NCBI GenBank assembly: GCA_013239625.1
Contig: MU054026.1
Span: 372,001-436,000 of the forward strand
Direction: 5' to 3'
DNA from: Lama guanicoe
Lineage: Eukaryota
Length of the DNA: 64,000 nucleotides
Numbering within the stretch: the first letter of the stretch is position 1; each line of letters begins with the position of its first letter. Of this stretch, positions 13,829 through 28,679 are shown piece by piece. The notes below the pieces were generated by a model. That model was not told where the DNA came from, did no database searches, and was given only the letters and a program-made list of their open reading frames with translations. Both the position numbers and the translations under genes were made by a program.

Positions 13829-16079
13829 TGATTGGACCTGATTCTTTAAAGCTAGAGCAGACACTACCTTTGAAAAAAGATACCTTTTACTTACCAGTGT
13901 GTTTGACGATCTTTTTATTACCAAGAGGCATTTTTATATGAAATGTATAAAATATTTTTATATCTCTGAGTTGTTGTATTATCTTTAATTCTTCAAACTT
14001 TTTATTAATCACCACACCTGCTTATTTCCATGTAAGCTTTTTTTAAAAAAAAAAAAGTTAATTTGCAAACTTAGACATTTAGTTCATAAGTTCACATGGT
14101 TAGATATGAGTCCCAATTAACTTTAAAATTTCTCAATCTGATACCTGTCCCTATGACTTAAATTTTTTCTTATATTTTCCAATGTAATCACTCCCTCTAG
14201 TCCTTAACAGAATGCCAGGCTTCCTTTTGGCGGGCCACCACTTGGATGGCTAGGAAGAACTGGAGGCAGCTGCCTTCTGTAATCAGGCCAGAGGACTGAA
14301 CATCAGTACTTGTGAAGCATCCTTATCTGCTGGGCATCGTATTGGAAGCTCTGTGTGAGACATGATGGTTTAGGTTTTCTAATTCTAGGAGTAGAAGGGC
14401 ATAAGTTGCTTTGGGATATTACTTTGTATCAGGCAAGAAACTTAGGTATATAAAAAGGGATGTGATTACAGTAAGAAATAGTTCAGATTTTTGTTAAAGG
14501 ATGTGTTTAAAGGCAACCCATGGCAGCCCAGCTCACACAACTGAAACACAAGTTTCATAAAGTGGTACTTAACCTCATTTACTGCATGTTATGGACTCTT
14601 GATAATTTCTGTTCTTTTAGAAACTCTTCCATCAGGGTAATTTTTAACCGTTGGTTGCAACTTATTTGATCGGTTTTAAAACCCATAATGAATTATAACC
14701 TGCAACTTGGAAAATGTTGGTACAGAAAATAAAATGCAACTATTTCTTAGTTTGTGCTTTCAATCTACTGGAGGCTGAAATGAAAAGAGCTACACACAGG
14801 ACAGGATTTACGTAACAGCTGGTGTTCTTTGGACTCAAACTCCTAAGTAAGATCTGCTTCTAGTATTCGCGTTCCCAAAGGACTAATCCGGGACAGTGGG
14901 TCGAAAAAGTAATTTCATTTTTTTTTCAAAGAGGATGGCAAAGAATATCTTAAGACATAGAGCAGTTGAAAGAGTGGGATATAAGAATTTATGTTTGTCA
15001 CCATTGTTAGGTGAATTTCGGACCCATTTCTTTTCCTTAATATAATTTTATAATGTGTCTTACATACACAAAGTAAATGGTTAATAAAATATCATGGGGC
15101 ATCTTTTTAATTCTAATAGCCAGTCCTCATTTTTTATTTTTCCTTCCAGCCCTTATTAAGTATGTGGACATTCTTGAAAATTCTGAGTTGGACTTTAAGG
15201 TTCATGGATCTAGGGCATTTACTGTGTAACTCCAGCAGAGTAATTCTTAGCCATTTTTGGGTCGTGAGTGTCTTTAACAGTGCAGTGAAAGTGATGGATT
15301 GGACACTTCAGAAAGTTACTCACATGCTTGTATATACACTGAGATGTCTGCGCACAGCTGTGGGGAATCCATGAATTCTTGTCTTTTCATGAACTCCTTA
15401 GAGCTGCAAAGGTTATGGACCAGTTTTTGATATTATTAAATATTATTTTCTAAACCATAGCTTAAGGACAGAGCGGGATTCCATGGGGAGTGAACCCGTA
15501 AGGCACTGGGATTAGTACTTAGTTTTCCCGTGGTTGTCCTCTGTCTGCATTAGATTTCAGATTCAGAATCAGATTCAAATCTGAAAAGAGCAGTGACAGC
15601 CTAGAACCTCTTGCCTGTTGGGCATCTTTGGGAAAGTCCCTTCCAGCTGTTCTTGAGCTTTGTGAGCTAGGATGCGAGGTAATTGATAAAGTATATTTTT
15701 GCCTGAGTTGATAAAGGGATACAATTTAAGATAGTTTAAAGTTTGGAGTTTCAATCCCCTGGAGATTCTAAGTTCTAACCATATATTCTTTGAAGCATTT
15801 TTGGTGCTTTTCCCTCCAGCATTTGTAGGAAAGTTTTCAGACACACAGCAAAGTGGGAAGAATTGTACAGCAGACAACTGTATACGTACCACTTCGATTC
15901 TGTCGTTAACATTTTACTGTATTTGCTTTGTCACATGTCTGTTCGTCCCTCTATCTGACACCTTTTCTGCTCTTTATTTCTCATGGCCAAATACATTAAG
16001 ATCATTATTACTTCTTTGTCAGACTCATTTTCTTTCGATTATTATAAATTTCCCCACGTTTCCAACTTACATAATTTGA

Positions 16080-16250
<171 letters not shown>

Positions 16251-16747
16251 TAAAAAACATTTTTTTCATTTTAGAAATCTGTGCTTTAGCGGTTGTGCTG
16301 TGCATGAACCCAGAATCATCTGTAACATTCAGGTACAGTCTTAGAAAGCGGAACAATCTCCACTTACCTTCAGCAAATTTGGTTGTTTTGTCCACTGCAG
16401 GATGGCTCTCATGATGAGTATAAAATGAAACTGCATGTGTTCCTTGCTATAAAAACTTTTTTCCCAGTTATGTTCTCTCTGTGTTGGATTTAGTAATTTT
16501 CTTCCTCTTAGTCAAATAAATCTTCGTCTTTTTTTTTTAAATCCCATTTCTGTCCCTGGCTTTTAAAGGAACATTTGTCCTCATTTCCTTTTTCTGAGTT
16601 CTGAACACTTTATGAACGGAAAGGACTGCATAAGTCCTTAGGAGAAACCCTTCTGTGCACTGAAAACTGAGAGTGATTTAGAAAAAGATTTTTAAAATTT
16701 GACGTATCACCATGTAAAGTGCTTAATACATTTATTTTGATGGTCAC

Positions 16748-16923
16748 AATTAACGAATTTAATTAGACCTTAATTTGGGTTTACCTTCTAAATCTCTGTT
16801 GTATTAACTTCTATAATACTTGCCCACAAAAAGTTAAATTAACTAATTTAATTAAACCTGAACTTAGGTTTACCGTCTAAATCTCTGTTAGATTAAATGC
16901 TATAATACTTGCCTACAAAATTA
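16748..16923. repeat. Degenerate tandem duplication, ~89-bp period
   Basis: aattaacgaatttaattagacc...ctataatacttgcccacaaaa (from 16748) repeated as aattaactaatttaattaaacc...ctataatacttgcctacaaaa (from 16837). Confidence 0.9.
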
Positions 16924-16970
16924 TTTCATAACAGTCTTTACATTTGGTTAATATATCTTTTGCTCTTAAG

Positions 16971-17040
16971 CTGCTACGGAAAGAAAATCTGGATTTGAAG
17001 TTGACACCCTACAAAGTATTAGCCACTAGCACAAAACATG
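16971..17040 (+). CDS. PIK3C3: PIK3C3 exon 18, 70 nt
   Basis: ctcttaag acceptor, G|gtaagt donor; [23 protein letters not shown](G). Confidence 0.97.
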
Positions 17041-17605
17041 GTAAGTTTATTTTCTACCAGGATTATTATTTCAAAAGGAGTATGCTTTTCCTTTTGTAAT
17101 TGAAAATTAAGAAGAATGTTAGAGACTGAACTCATCTGTAGCTCTGAATCTCAGTTGGGCCTCCCATCCGCCCCCTCCCTCCTTCCTGCATTCCTTTTAC
17201 CTCTTGAAATTATTACACAGCATATTTGGAAGAAAACTTAACAGCTTTCTGGTATATTTCTTTGCATTCAAAACTAGTTATAATCCATGATACTTTCCTT
17301 TCTTGGTGACCTGTGTCTGGAATCATCTCTTGAGAGTTAGTAAGACCCAGAGAGACTTTGTGCTATACACGCCACTCAGCAGATGATCAGATTTTTTTTT
17401 TTTTTAGTTTATATTTAGAGCATCTAAGTCCTTCTGAGACTGAGTAACCTCTGAAAGTTTGGTGAAATGTTCCCTAGGAATGCTTGCCTGAGGCCTGTTG
17501 TGCATTTTTTTAGTCTTGTTACTCTTAGAAGCGCTTACCCTTAGGTCCCTTGGAGAAACAGATACCTATTTTAGGCTTTCTGTCCTTCCCCTGGCCACTC
17601 CCACA

Positions 17606-17695
17606 TCTTTTTTTTTCCTTTTTTTACCTGAAGTCCTAGAGACCTCGTGCATGCTAAGCATGCGCTCTGCCACTGAGCTGTATGCACCCCACCCC
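17606..17695 (-). mobile_element. tRNA-derived SINE (camelid-type), partial
   Basis: gacctcgtgcatgctaagcatgcgctctgccactgagctgta matches the other four copies in the window. Confidence 0.75.
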
Positions 17696-18937
17696 AATCT
17701 TTTTGATGGTTTAATCCCTCTTCTCGTTGACCTCTCAGAATGATCTTGTTAAAAGTGTAAATATGCTCTTTTACTGTCCTGAATAAATTGATTTGCTGGC
17801 TTTCAACTGCTCTTGGGACAAAGACAAAGCCTTTTCCCACCTGGCAGGTTCTTGCACGGTGTGCCCTCTCCTGCACCTGCCTCTGTCCCCCCTCCTCTGC
17901 CTCTGTCCCCCTTGCTTCTCAGGCTCCACTCTCCGTTTCCTCCAATGTATCTTTCTCCTTTCAGCCTTATGGGTGTTACTCTAACATCCTTTCCTCTAAA
18001 AGCTTTTCTTATTAACCTTTATTATCCTTCAAAACATGGTTCAAATGTCAGACTCCTCCGATCCCTTTTGTAACTTAGGTCCCCCTGTCCTGTTGCTTTT
18101 CATGGTACCCTTTATTCATAGTTTTTATCCCAGTGAAACATGCAAGCTTGTGAGATCTCTGCAGGCAGGGTCAGGGCTCTATGTCTACTTACCTGGCAAA
18201 GTTCTTGCTACCTAGTAGAAAACCTGTAAGTATCTGTTAAGCACATCAATGCTGACTATTTGGTACTTGTGATGTAGAAATAAATGAGACATTTCTTACT
18301 CCAAAGAAATACACAATTTCCTAATTTGCATGCAAGTCATTATAATATAAGCCTCACCGAAACCAGCTCATGGTGGTTACGATCCTAGAATAGTTTCTCT
18401 TATTCAACTTTGACTTTTCACAGGTTTACAGTTTTAATACTTCTTTTGCTGTCCCCCGACTACCAGACTTCCTTTTTCTCTTGTCTCCTATAGACTGTCC
18501 TCTTGCCCTTCTTTTTGGTAGTTTAAGGGATTTATACTTCATTCCCATATCATTTCCAGGGAATGGCCAAAGATGCAGGATTACACACCAAAACGCCGAT
18601 GAATGCAGGATGGTTTTAGGGTTAGATGATTGATACTCCACAACTCCAGATCTCCTAAAGTGATTTTAAATTCAGAATAGTATTAATTGACGTATATTAT
18701 AAAGATACGAAAGAAGAAAAATTTTTATGCCTAGTTTAAGAAGGCTAACCTATTACTTTGTGTTCCTTGTGTACAAAAATAGAAATTGGCTTAGAGAAGC
18801 ATACAGATTGTCAGCTTAAGTTTTCTTGAAGATGTTCCCTTATCGTCCCCATGACATAAATGCTAGTGTGTACTTAATGTTCTGCTAATAGCCCTCTTTA
18901 ACCTGGTCAGGTTTGTAATGTGTACATTTGCAAATGA

Positions 18938-19096
<159 letters not shown>

Positions 19097-19724
19097 TAAA
19101 CATTTATAAATTTCATGAATACATTCTCGTTATAGAAAGTTTAATCTTTATAAAAAGTAAATGAAGTTAAAAACGGAAGTCTCTGTTTAATCACCCTTCT
19201 TCCCTCGTGTCATTTTCCTTCCCTGAGAAATAAACAATGCTAATAGTTGGAAACACTTCCATGTTAGTACAGGTAAGTGTTCAATTCCTTAAACCATGCC
19301 TGGCATGTGATAGGAGATCAGGAGTTAATTGGTGAACACTTTTTTAAATTTGTTTGTAAGTTTATGGCAATATTATATTCGAAAATATGGAAATATTACA
19401 ATTTATTTAGCCATCAGTGAACAGTTTATTTCCAGTTTCTGTTACTCAGAACAGCGCGACAGTGATATTCTTGCTCACACGTGTTTTGCACAATTATTTT
19501 TTTTTTTAAGACCCTTATCCTCCTCTCCCAACCTCACTGCTCCCCTTTAATATGAGGAAAGGCAAATAGTTTCTGGGACTAAGCCATTTATATCTTTGGA
19601 ATTTTTTTACATATTAAATACGTGAGTCCGTTCTTACTGCATCTTAGTAGTTTCTTTTTGTTATCCTTTAAGTGCAGTTTTTCTTCTTCCCTAAGAAAAA
19701 GGTACCTAATTCACACAGAAAAAT

Positions 19725-20165
19725 TGATGTGCCTGAAATGAACAATACAGAGAAGGGCCTGATAGAGGATATTTACCGCAGTGTGGTTTTGTCGTTCTCA
19801 GTTTAGAGTGTCTAGGTAATTCTGGACTATGTAGACCATTGAGGGTGCCTGTGTCACCAGCCCCTGCTAAAAAAACCTTGGTGTTGAGTCTCTCAGGGGC
19901 TTTCCTGAACAGTAGCACTGCACCCATATGCTGCCCCTTCTTTTTTGTCCCTATTGGGGAACGGTAGAAAGGATGCTTAGTGGGTCCCTTCACAGAAGGG
20001 AGCAAGGACTGTGCATGGATTTCATAGGCGTTTGCCTGTGTGTTTGTCCCATGCTGGTCCTGTTGTCTGTACTGTTGCTATAATGCACCTGACTTGTGCT
20101 GTAAGTTGAGTCTTTGACTCCGTCTGACAAATCAGCCCATCAGAGGAGTAGGGGACCCCTTGACA
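19725..20165 (+). mobile_element. Old LTR remnant of the MER21/MER68/MER77 group
   Basis: gtgcctgtgtcaccagcccctgctaaaaaaaccttgg...ggggaccccttgaca 3' end; family from recall. Confidence 0.5.
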
Positions 20166-21428
20166 GACCCTTCAGGGCCTGGTTTCTGTACCTGTAAAAT
20201 TCGGGTAATAACTAATCGTGCCTAGCTCCAGGGTTGTTCTGAAGATGCACGCAGAGCTTAAACATACTGAAGTAGTTGTTTAATAAAGCCGTCGATTACC
20301 GTGTTGCTCCTTGCAATTATGATTTTATAAAATAAAGACTGACAGTTTATGTATCGATTCTTGATTCCACGTGTGACACATGTAGTTTTTCTGAGTCATA
20401 GGTTAACTCATCTTCAACATCAGTAGATAATTAAAAATTGTTTTCTGAAATGGCTTTTGGAAACAGCTGTTTCTCACTGCCACACGTCTTTGCCAGATTT
20501 TGGTATTGACTGTGATTTAGTTTGCATTTCCATCATTACCCACAAGGTTGAGCATTTAAAAATATCTGTATAGGCCATTTATTTCTTCTGTGAAGTGCTT
20601 GTTCACATCTTTTCCCCATTTTCCTGTTGGGTTGTTTGTCTTTCTTTTATTGATTTATAGGAGTTCTTTATATATTCTACATATATATCCTTTGTCAAAC
20701 TTAGTGTTCAAAAAAGCTGAAAGCATAGGATAAACTTTTTTTTTAATGATATGTTGGTTGTATTTTCAAGTAATATACTCTGTTTATTTTTCTTTAACAT
20801 GCAGATGTAAGGGACTAGGTCCAATTGGTAACCTGGATAAAGAAATAAATACACTATTTTCCCCAGTGTTGCCAGACTCCGTGGATACTGTTGTACATTG
20901 ATTGTGCCCCTATAATTCTTTGGTTCAGTCTGCATCTCTTATATTTATCTTTCCATCAATTTCCTCTAAATCTGAAAATTCTCAGTAATGTAGTCTAATT
21001 ATTTTTAAAAATTGTGTGTAATTTTATTATTTGTTAATGGTGATAATGTTTCAGTAGCTCTACCTTAAAAAGTAATTTTAAAAAGTCATGCTTTTAGGAG
21101 AATGTATGATACAAAAAAAATAACCCATGTTTACTTTTAAGAGAAAGATGAAACAAAGTGATGAATTAAACATAGAGATATAGCAGTAAATTTGTTTTTC
21201 CTATGGTATAGAAGTAGCACCCTTATATATTTCTTTGTTTGTCTTAACAGTCTATAAATATAATAATAACACTGGTTCCTGAGGGATAAGCTTTCTAAAG
21301 TCCACATTTTATAATTATTGACTAAGTTTTAGACCAGACACCTATTGGTCATTATTTACAATTTTAAAACGGCTCATTTGTTGAAGCATTCTATTGAATT
21401 TGTAAACATGTAAATGGTAACTTTTCAG

Positions 21429-21513
21429 AACTTTTTTCGAAAATACGCACCAAGTGAGAATGGGCCGAATGGGATCAGCGCTGAAGTCATGGATACTTAC
21501 GTCAAAAGCTGCG
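21429..21513 (+). CDS. PIK3C3: PIK3C3 exon 20, 85 nt
   Basis: cttttcag acceptor, G|gtaagt donor; [28 protein letters not shown](A). Confidence 0.97.
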
Positions 21514-21620
21514 GTAAGTTTTTCAAGTTACTGCTTTTCCCTGATACATTGGAATAAAGGAAAGCAAGCTGTCCTGACATTACCACACTCAGACACATTT
21601 AGGATGTGTTAAGATTTTTT

Positions 21621-21943
21621 TCTTGGACCGTTTGGGCCACAATGACAAAATACCAGAGACTGCACTGCTTATAAAGAACAGAAATTTATTTCTCACGGTT
21701 CTGGAGGCTGAAACCTGAGATAAGGTGCTAACATGGTCGGTGAGGACCTTCTTTGGGGTCAAAGACTTGTTACTGTATCTCCACCTGTTGGGAGCTCTGT
21801 GGGGTCTTTTTTATAAGATATTAATCCCATTCATGGGGACTGAGCACCTCCCAAAGGTCCCATCTCCTGATACCACCACCTTCAGCATTAGGATTTCAAC
21901 ATGTGAACGTTGAAATTTTGAGGGGACACGTTCAGACCGTAAC
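21621..21943 (-). mobile_element. MaLR solo LTR (MLT1A-like)
   Basis: aacagaaatttatttctcacggttctggaggctg...cacctcccaaaggtcccatctcctgatacc...ggatttcaacat; similar to 44737-45240. Confidence 0.8.
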
Positions 21944-23159
21944 ATTTTTAAATGCTGTATGAAAAGAAGATTAAGAGATAAAATATGATACAAGAAGTTA
22001 TTAATGTTTTGACATAATAATAGTCCTAACAGGATATAAGTTCTATTCAGTCTTTAATGGATGTATCTTTGCAATCACATAACTATTTTGTAATTACAAG
22101 TTATTTCTTCCTGGAAGCTGTCATTTCCCCCTAGATTTTCCCTGTCTTGGAGTAACTGTAATTAAGCAGACTGTGGGAAAAGTCTCCAGTCAGGAAAAAT
22201 TATGTCTTTGATAAATCTCAAAAGAGCTAAGATAACAGAGGAGGTGCCTCTCATGGTATTTTAAATCAGTACTTCCTCCCCCTCCTGGAAATAAGTAAGC
22301 AGTGACATGCCATGGGAGTTAATTCAAATATTTCCGCAATTTATGCCTATTCTCATGAAGTTTATATTCTGGAGGATTATTTTTATTTTCTTAAGAGATT
22401 ATTGTTATTTTTTAAATATATAACTAGATTGTTTAAGAGAGGGTTAATAAAGGAGTTGACACTAGAGTTAAGCCCTGAGTACTATATGGCCCTGTGACAT
22501 ATTATTCCTGTTTTATATAAGTATTCTTTTTATGTTTATGTCCGTATTTATACCTATGCTTAAGCAGTCAAAGCTGGGGGATACACACAGAGGACTTTCT
22601 AGACATACAACAACTATATATAAATATTCCTGTCATTTTCTGATTTATAAATTACTTTCTTATACATGACATTTTTTTTTCTTTTTTGCTCCTATGAAGG
22701 TAGTATTTCAGATTCTTTTATACTGCATAATTTATTCTCAGATTTATACTTGATGATACATTTTTGGCTGAGAAGTATAAAATGTAATATTCCTAGGAAC
22801 TTTAAAAACAAAATAAAATGTGTGTATGTGTATTAGAATCCTTTATGGTTTTAATTCTTATTTTTACTGAAGAAACATACCATGTGTTTCATGTAACTGT
22901 GTTTTCCTGTAAAAATGATCACATACAGCGTATTTAGGTTTGAAGACTGAAGAAACATGGATTGAAGCATCCTGGAGGAAATGTTTCCTTTCTCCTGCTC
23001 ACTCTGCATTTCTCCTTTCCCTCCCTCCCGCCCTGCTTTCCTTCCTTGCTTCTTTCCTTGCCCCCTTTTCTTTCTTTCTTGTTTTTCTCCGTCAAGTCTG
23101 TGTTTTCTAAGATCTGAAAAAATTAACACATCATTTAAAGGCTTGACAGGTCGCTCAGA

Positions 23160-23445
23160 TGGCTGGCAGTTTATTCTGCTTTTCAGCAAGGCTTGGCAAC
23201 CAGGTCACCACTACGTGGCTTTTCCGTGTCTCGTGCTTCTCAGAGCTGGACTCCCAAGAGGAAGCATTCTAAGAGCCAGAAAGTAGAAACTTTTGGTTTG
23301 TGAAATCCTGCCCTGGGAAGCTGTTAGTGTGTCACTTGTATCATATTCTGTGGGTCAGAGGAGTCACAGGACCTGCTTGGATTCAAGGGGAAGGTATATA
23401 GTTCCCACCTTGAATGAAAAGCATGTTAAAGAATCTTTAATTCCA
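23160..23445 (-). mobile_element. Old MaLR (MLT1-family) LTR fragment
   Basis: gtgtcacttgtatcatattctgtgggtcaga...gattcaaggggaagg...cccaccttgaatg. Confidence 0.5.
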
Positions 23446-25377
23446 CACCTAGATCTCAGTACCTTATTACAGGAGGTATGTTGCATGCCCTCGGCAATTA
23501 CCTTGTGTCTTTCTACTTTCAGATACTTACTGTAAACTGTTTTACATCATAAATCTATATAATAAAGGACTGTTAACTTTTTCTCCTTGAAATAAACATA
23601 CAAGCAACCTATAAATGTTGACTGAAACTTGAAAACTCTGCTCATTTAGTAAAATTACTGGAACAATATTTTATGATAGACGTCCTAGTGTTGTGCCTTT
23701 TGTCTGGTGTTCCATTTTTTTCCCCAAGGGCTCATGAAAATATGACTACTTTTAATGTTTGAAAAATAGCCATTTAAGTTGTACCTACTGGACAGTTAAT
23801 TCAAATTAGATCTTATTCCTTTGTTTCTTTCCCAGCATTTCGCACTTGTTCACATCCTGATAACTGATTTGATGGCAGGCCTTCTCTTCACCTTACTCTG
23901 AATGGCCTTCCATTTTCTATATATCTTGCTATGTTATAAAATAATCTTTAGTGTTTTAGTGAGTTTGGTAGCATCCCAGGTAATAGTGGTGGTTGAAAGC
24001 CATTGATGCATTTTTCATTAGTAGATATAGTGCTTAATAAGTTGCTACTTTGTACTAGAATCTGATGGTTGGACATTATCATATAGATGCATGTATAACT
24101 TTCATTTTAAGAAGCAATGTTTTAGGTTTTTGGCAGAGTGTAAGAAGAATAAAGCTCTAGTAGTAACGGTGACTTTTTTCCCAGATTATGCAGGGTGTCA
24201 GATCTGGATCATGCAAGTAAATATGGGAACACTGATTATTCTCACACCCATATCTTTACTAAGTAAAGGGAAATAGTATCATTTAGTTGTCTGTATTTCT
24301 CTGTGTTTTACTTTAAATCAAAGTTGTTTATAAAACCAATTTCAAGATCTTTGTGTATCTCTCATGGGTTCAAAATACTAATGAACAGCATCCTTTTGAC
24401 AAGATTCTCTGGCCAGGTATACTATTTCTGTTAAGTAATAAATTCAGTTTTCCTAAAAATCCTCTGATACACTCTGTATCATTCTCAAATTGTTCTGAAT
24501 ATTATTTATGTCCTCAAAATTTCTGAGGATCATCCAACTCAGATATCTTTTTCAAGAGGTAATCTTTTAAGTATTGACATTTGAATTATTGAAACACCCC
24601 AAATTCTCACCTCTACCATTCATATATATGCATGAAAGAGGAAGAGATCAGATACTATCTCACTTGACTTAAAAAACCATTTGTTGAGGATGGTGTGGAG
24701 AGGTTACTGTCGGTGGAGACTCCAGGGGAGTTGGGGGAGCGTTCACTGAAATGACTATCAAACACGTTTATGACCTTAACCCACCGAGGCAGGCAGGGTA
24801 AAAGAGTAAAAGGCTTTTTCTCGTGCATTTTCCATTTCCACTGGAAAATAATCCAGTAATAACAATGAGACATCACTGCAAAAGCAAATTTGGTAATAGA
24901 CAGTAGTTTATTTTAAAACATCTTACTTTATCAGTAGGGACAGGCATAATTTATGCATGTCTAGTTACATGAAAATTTTAGGTCAAAAATACTGTTGCTG
25001 TACACGTGAATCATAACTTTCATAGGGCTAGCTAAACCTGAAACAAAGTAAAAAGTGATAAAACTGTCATTTGTAATTTTTTTAAAAGTAGCTAATAGCA
25101 TACAACAACTCAAGGGGTCTGGGTTCTTTTTTTTTTTTTTAATTGCAAGAGTTTCAACTACCTTCATATGTGTATTATCAGTAGGCGATTTGTATCCTTG
25201 ACGACTATTGAGTGGAAGCCAAATTTCTAAGTGAATCACTTATTAGAGAACTCAGTGTGCTAAGTCCTACTGTGTTCTCACTTCTCTATATGAACACCAG
25301 TATCACTATCCTTCAGTAAGTCACTCCCTAGTTTTCCAGTGGACAGCCTTTAGTCATTTGTGGAGTTGCATATTTTG

Positions 25378-25685
25378 CAGTGCTCCTCAAAATATTACCC
25401 ATGGGCCAGCAGTGCTGGCCTGGAAACATGTTTGTATTACAAACTCTCAGGCCTTGTCCCTGATCTTTGGACCAGAATCTCCATTTTTTAACGGGATTCC
25501 CAGGAGGTTCCTATGTGCAGTAGAACACTAGAGATGGTTTTGCAAGCATTGATATGTGATAACAAACCCCCTTGGGCACTGGTGTAATAGAACTGAATTG
25601 GGGCTCAAGAGTCCGCATTTTTAACAAGCTTCTAGGTGGTGGTGCATCTGCCAGTCTGTGTGTCACACTGTGATTAGCAGTGTTC
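25378..25685. mobile_element. MER5-like hAT MITE remnants (two adjacent pieces)
   Basis: cagtgctcctcaaa...cagaatctccattttttaac; gcatttttaacaagcttctaggtg. Confidence 0.55.
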
Positions 25686-26686
25686 AAATCAAATGTCAGT
25701 CAATTCCTTCCCTAAAGCCTTTCAGACAGCAAATATTTTTCGAATTTTCAGGCCAGATGGTCTCAACCCATCTGGTCTCAGCCCATCTGGTAGCCATTCA
25801 ACCAGGCCATGGCAGCGCTCAAAAAATAATGAAGTAAATGGGTATGGCTCTGTTCTAGTAAACATCCTTTATAAAATGTAAAAGCAGAGGGGGACCAGTT
25901 TGGACCATCAGGCTGTCTTTGCTCATCCTTTATGTGAATGATCCTCAGGTCCCCCAGTGGACCTCCTAACATTGCATCCCGTGGCAGCTGACAATCTAAC
26001 TAGAGTGGTTTACAAGCCTAAAAGTTATTTTCTTTTTTGTAAGAACCCCAGATATAAGCCATTGCTGCTGCTGTTTTAGCTGCTGAAGGATGTTAGGGCC
26101 AACCAGGTCTTCGTAATTCTCACGGTCAGCTTCCTCTTTAGAAATGCTCACCACAAAGCTGCCTTTGCGTACATCTCATTGGGCACACCTAACTGCAGGT
26201 GAGCCTGGGAGATGTAGTGTTTTATGTAGGCACAGCCTTGCCACAGAAATCTCGGTTTGGTTTCGTTTTAAGGAAGAAACAAATAGATACCGTGTGAACT
26301 GATTTGTTCAGTCAACTGTAGCCAATTTGTTAGAGTTAAATGAAAATTCTTAGTACACTAGTAGTGTGGTTAGAAGCATTTTTTAAAAAGATAGTATGCT
26401 TTCACTCATTCTGTACATATGGATGTATTTTGAAATACGTATATAATAATAATATAAGAATTTCATCTAGAATTAAAATACAAACAGTTACACTTGGGCT
26501 TAAATATCTTGTTGAGTGTTGCACCCATTAAAATAGCCACTTTAGGAAAGAGGAATTATACGGTGTACAGCGCAAAAGTGGCATGAGCGAGGACATTCGA
26601 GTCTTAGGTTTAAGTCCCAGCCCAGTGACCTTGGACAATCCTATTAACTCCTGGAGCCTTCAGTTTCTTCATTCGAAGGATAGTTA

Positions 26687-27162
26687 CGTTACCAGACTCA
26701 GGTTCAGCTGCTTACTGCTCAAAGGCCAATGATTTGAGACGCAAGGGTCAACAGAAAGAAAAGGTGCTTTAATCAGAAAAGCCAGCACTCTGGGGAGGTG
26801 GTGGACTCCAGTGTCTCCTCAAATACCATCTCCTAAGATTCTGCTCAGCCGACAAAGTTTTAAAGGGGAAGTGGGGAAGTGATCTCAGTCCTTGAGATAG
26901 GGGGTCTGCGTCATAGGCGTCCCCCACTGCCTGCAAGCTTGTCAGTTCCTTGTGAATTTTCCTTTGATGCTGTCTTGTCACAGTTTGTTTGGAGATTCCT
27001 GAAGGGGGACGTAGGGGAAGTTCAAGATCTGGTCATCTGTCAATTACTTATTCCCCAGTTCTACTTCTTTGATGTATAGGAAAATCCCAACAGGTTAAGC
27101 AAGTGACAAGACACAAAGGGCCTCCTTACAGAGAGCTCTTTCCTGCCAAAAGCTACTTAACA
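26687..27162 (-). mobile_element. ERV1-type solo LTR inserted in a MIR
   Basis: (c/t)gttacc...ttaaca ends; 4-bp TSD gtta at 26683-26686 and 27163-27166; minus-strand ATTAAA at 26768-26773; MIR-like sequence on both sides. Confidence 0.8.
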
Positions 27163-28201
27163 GTTATAATACTTAGCTGACATCATTAAAAGGGTTGAGG
27201 ATGATGAATGTAATGTGCCTAAGCTAAGATCCTAACCATCAGTAAATTGTAACTGTGATTATTATTATAATTGAAGATTAATCTAATGATGGCATCATTG
27301 CTTAAGTCAGTTTTGGACTTCCGGGATGGCCTTTGAAACTCGACTCAAATGAACTTTAATATTTATTGATTTGGTGCAGAACTGATTTGGTCCAATTTTT
27401 TTTCCCCACATAGTGGCTGAAATAAACACGTTTTTGTAAATACTAGCATAGTCAGTGTGTATGTTTGCAAATTATATTTATTGTCAGGTTACTAATGGGA
27501 GAAGAAGAATTTTAAAAAATCAACTTCAAGCATGTGTTATTTGCTTAATCTTTTTGAGCATTTTCAACACGTGCCAGGCTTCCAGACTTTTTAGAAAAGA
27601 AAGGAGGAGAGAATAAAGCTAGAGACAATGACTGCCCCAGTCCTGCTCATGTGATTCTTCTCAATAACTTAAGGGATTATGCTTGAGTTTTACAAATGCT
27701 TTTACCACTCAAGTGAATTCATTTGTTCTTCTATCTGCTGGCATTTCAAGATTGTTTCTTTAATTCTATATTGACTTTTGTTAGCTTGTAGATAAGCTAG
27801 TTGTGGAATGGTTGGCTTCATTATATGTATTTCAGCAGTTTTGTTTTTTATTTTTTCACAGTCGTTCTTAACATATGTCTAATTTGAAGTGAGAATTGGT
27901 AGACACATGCTATAATTAAAGTTTCTGAAACCTCATTTAACTTTAGATTAAAAGTGACTTTCATAATTGGACGAAATTCTATGGGATATTTTTCCTGTTG
28001 TAAATTATTTGAGTTTCAAGGGATAAACTCTTCCTAGAGTCAATGGTTGCACATTTAATTTGAGAATTTAGGGAAGAATTTATAAAGAATTGTAATCAGT
28101 TTGAGGTTGAAGGAGCACAGCTGCCTTCATGTTCAGTTACACGTGTGACCTGGTTTGCATGTGCTTTTTACAACCCTTCTGTTTTTCTTTTCTGTTTTTG
28201 A

Positions 28202-28297
<96 letters not shown>

Positions 28298-28679
28298 TAA
28301 TGTCTGCTAGCAAATACCCATTAATGCCAATGATGTTTTCACCCCAGAATCTACTTCATAAGAAAATAAGTTGCATAAGAGAAGACAAATCATAGTCTTA
28401 GAAGTCTCTTTGATGGCACCTTAGAAGGATGTCCAGGGGAACTCCCATCCCTTGGAAGGATCTCTTTAGCAGAGACCCTACGATGGTCATCTAGCCCTTC
28501 TTGAAATACCTCCTTTAGTGGCAAGCCCATAATGTATGCAGGCAACACAGTGTCTTAGTGCCCAGCTCTAGTTAGAAGGTTAGAATGGTCTTTCTTTAAT
28601 CAAACTGCTCTTAATTCACATTAACCTGTCTTTCTCAACCTTTTGCCCTTGGAATTACGTGAAATAATCAGTCTCTTCC

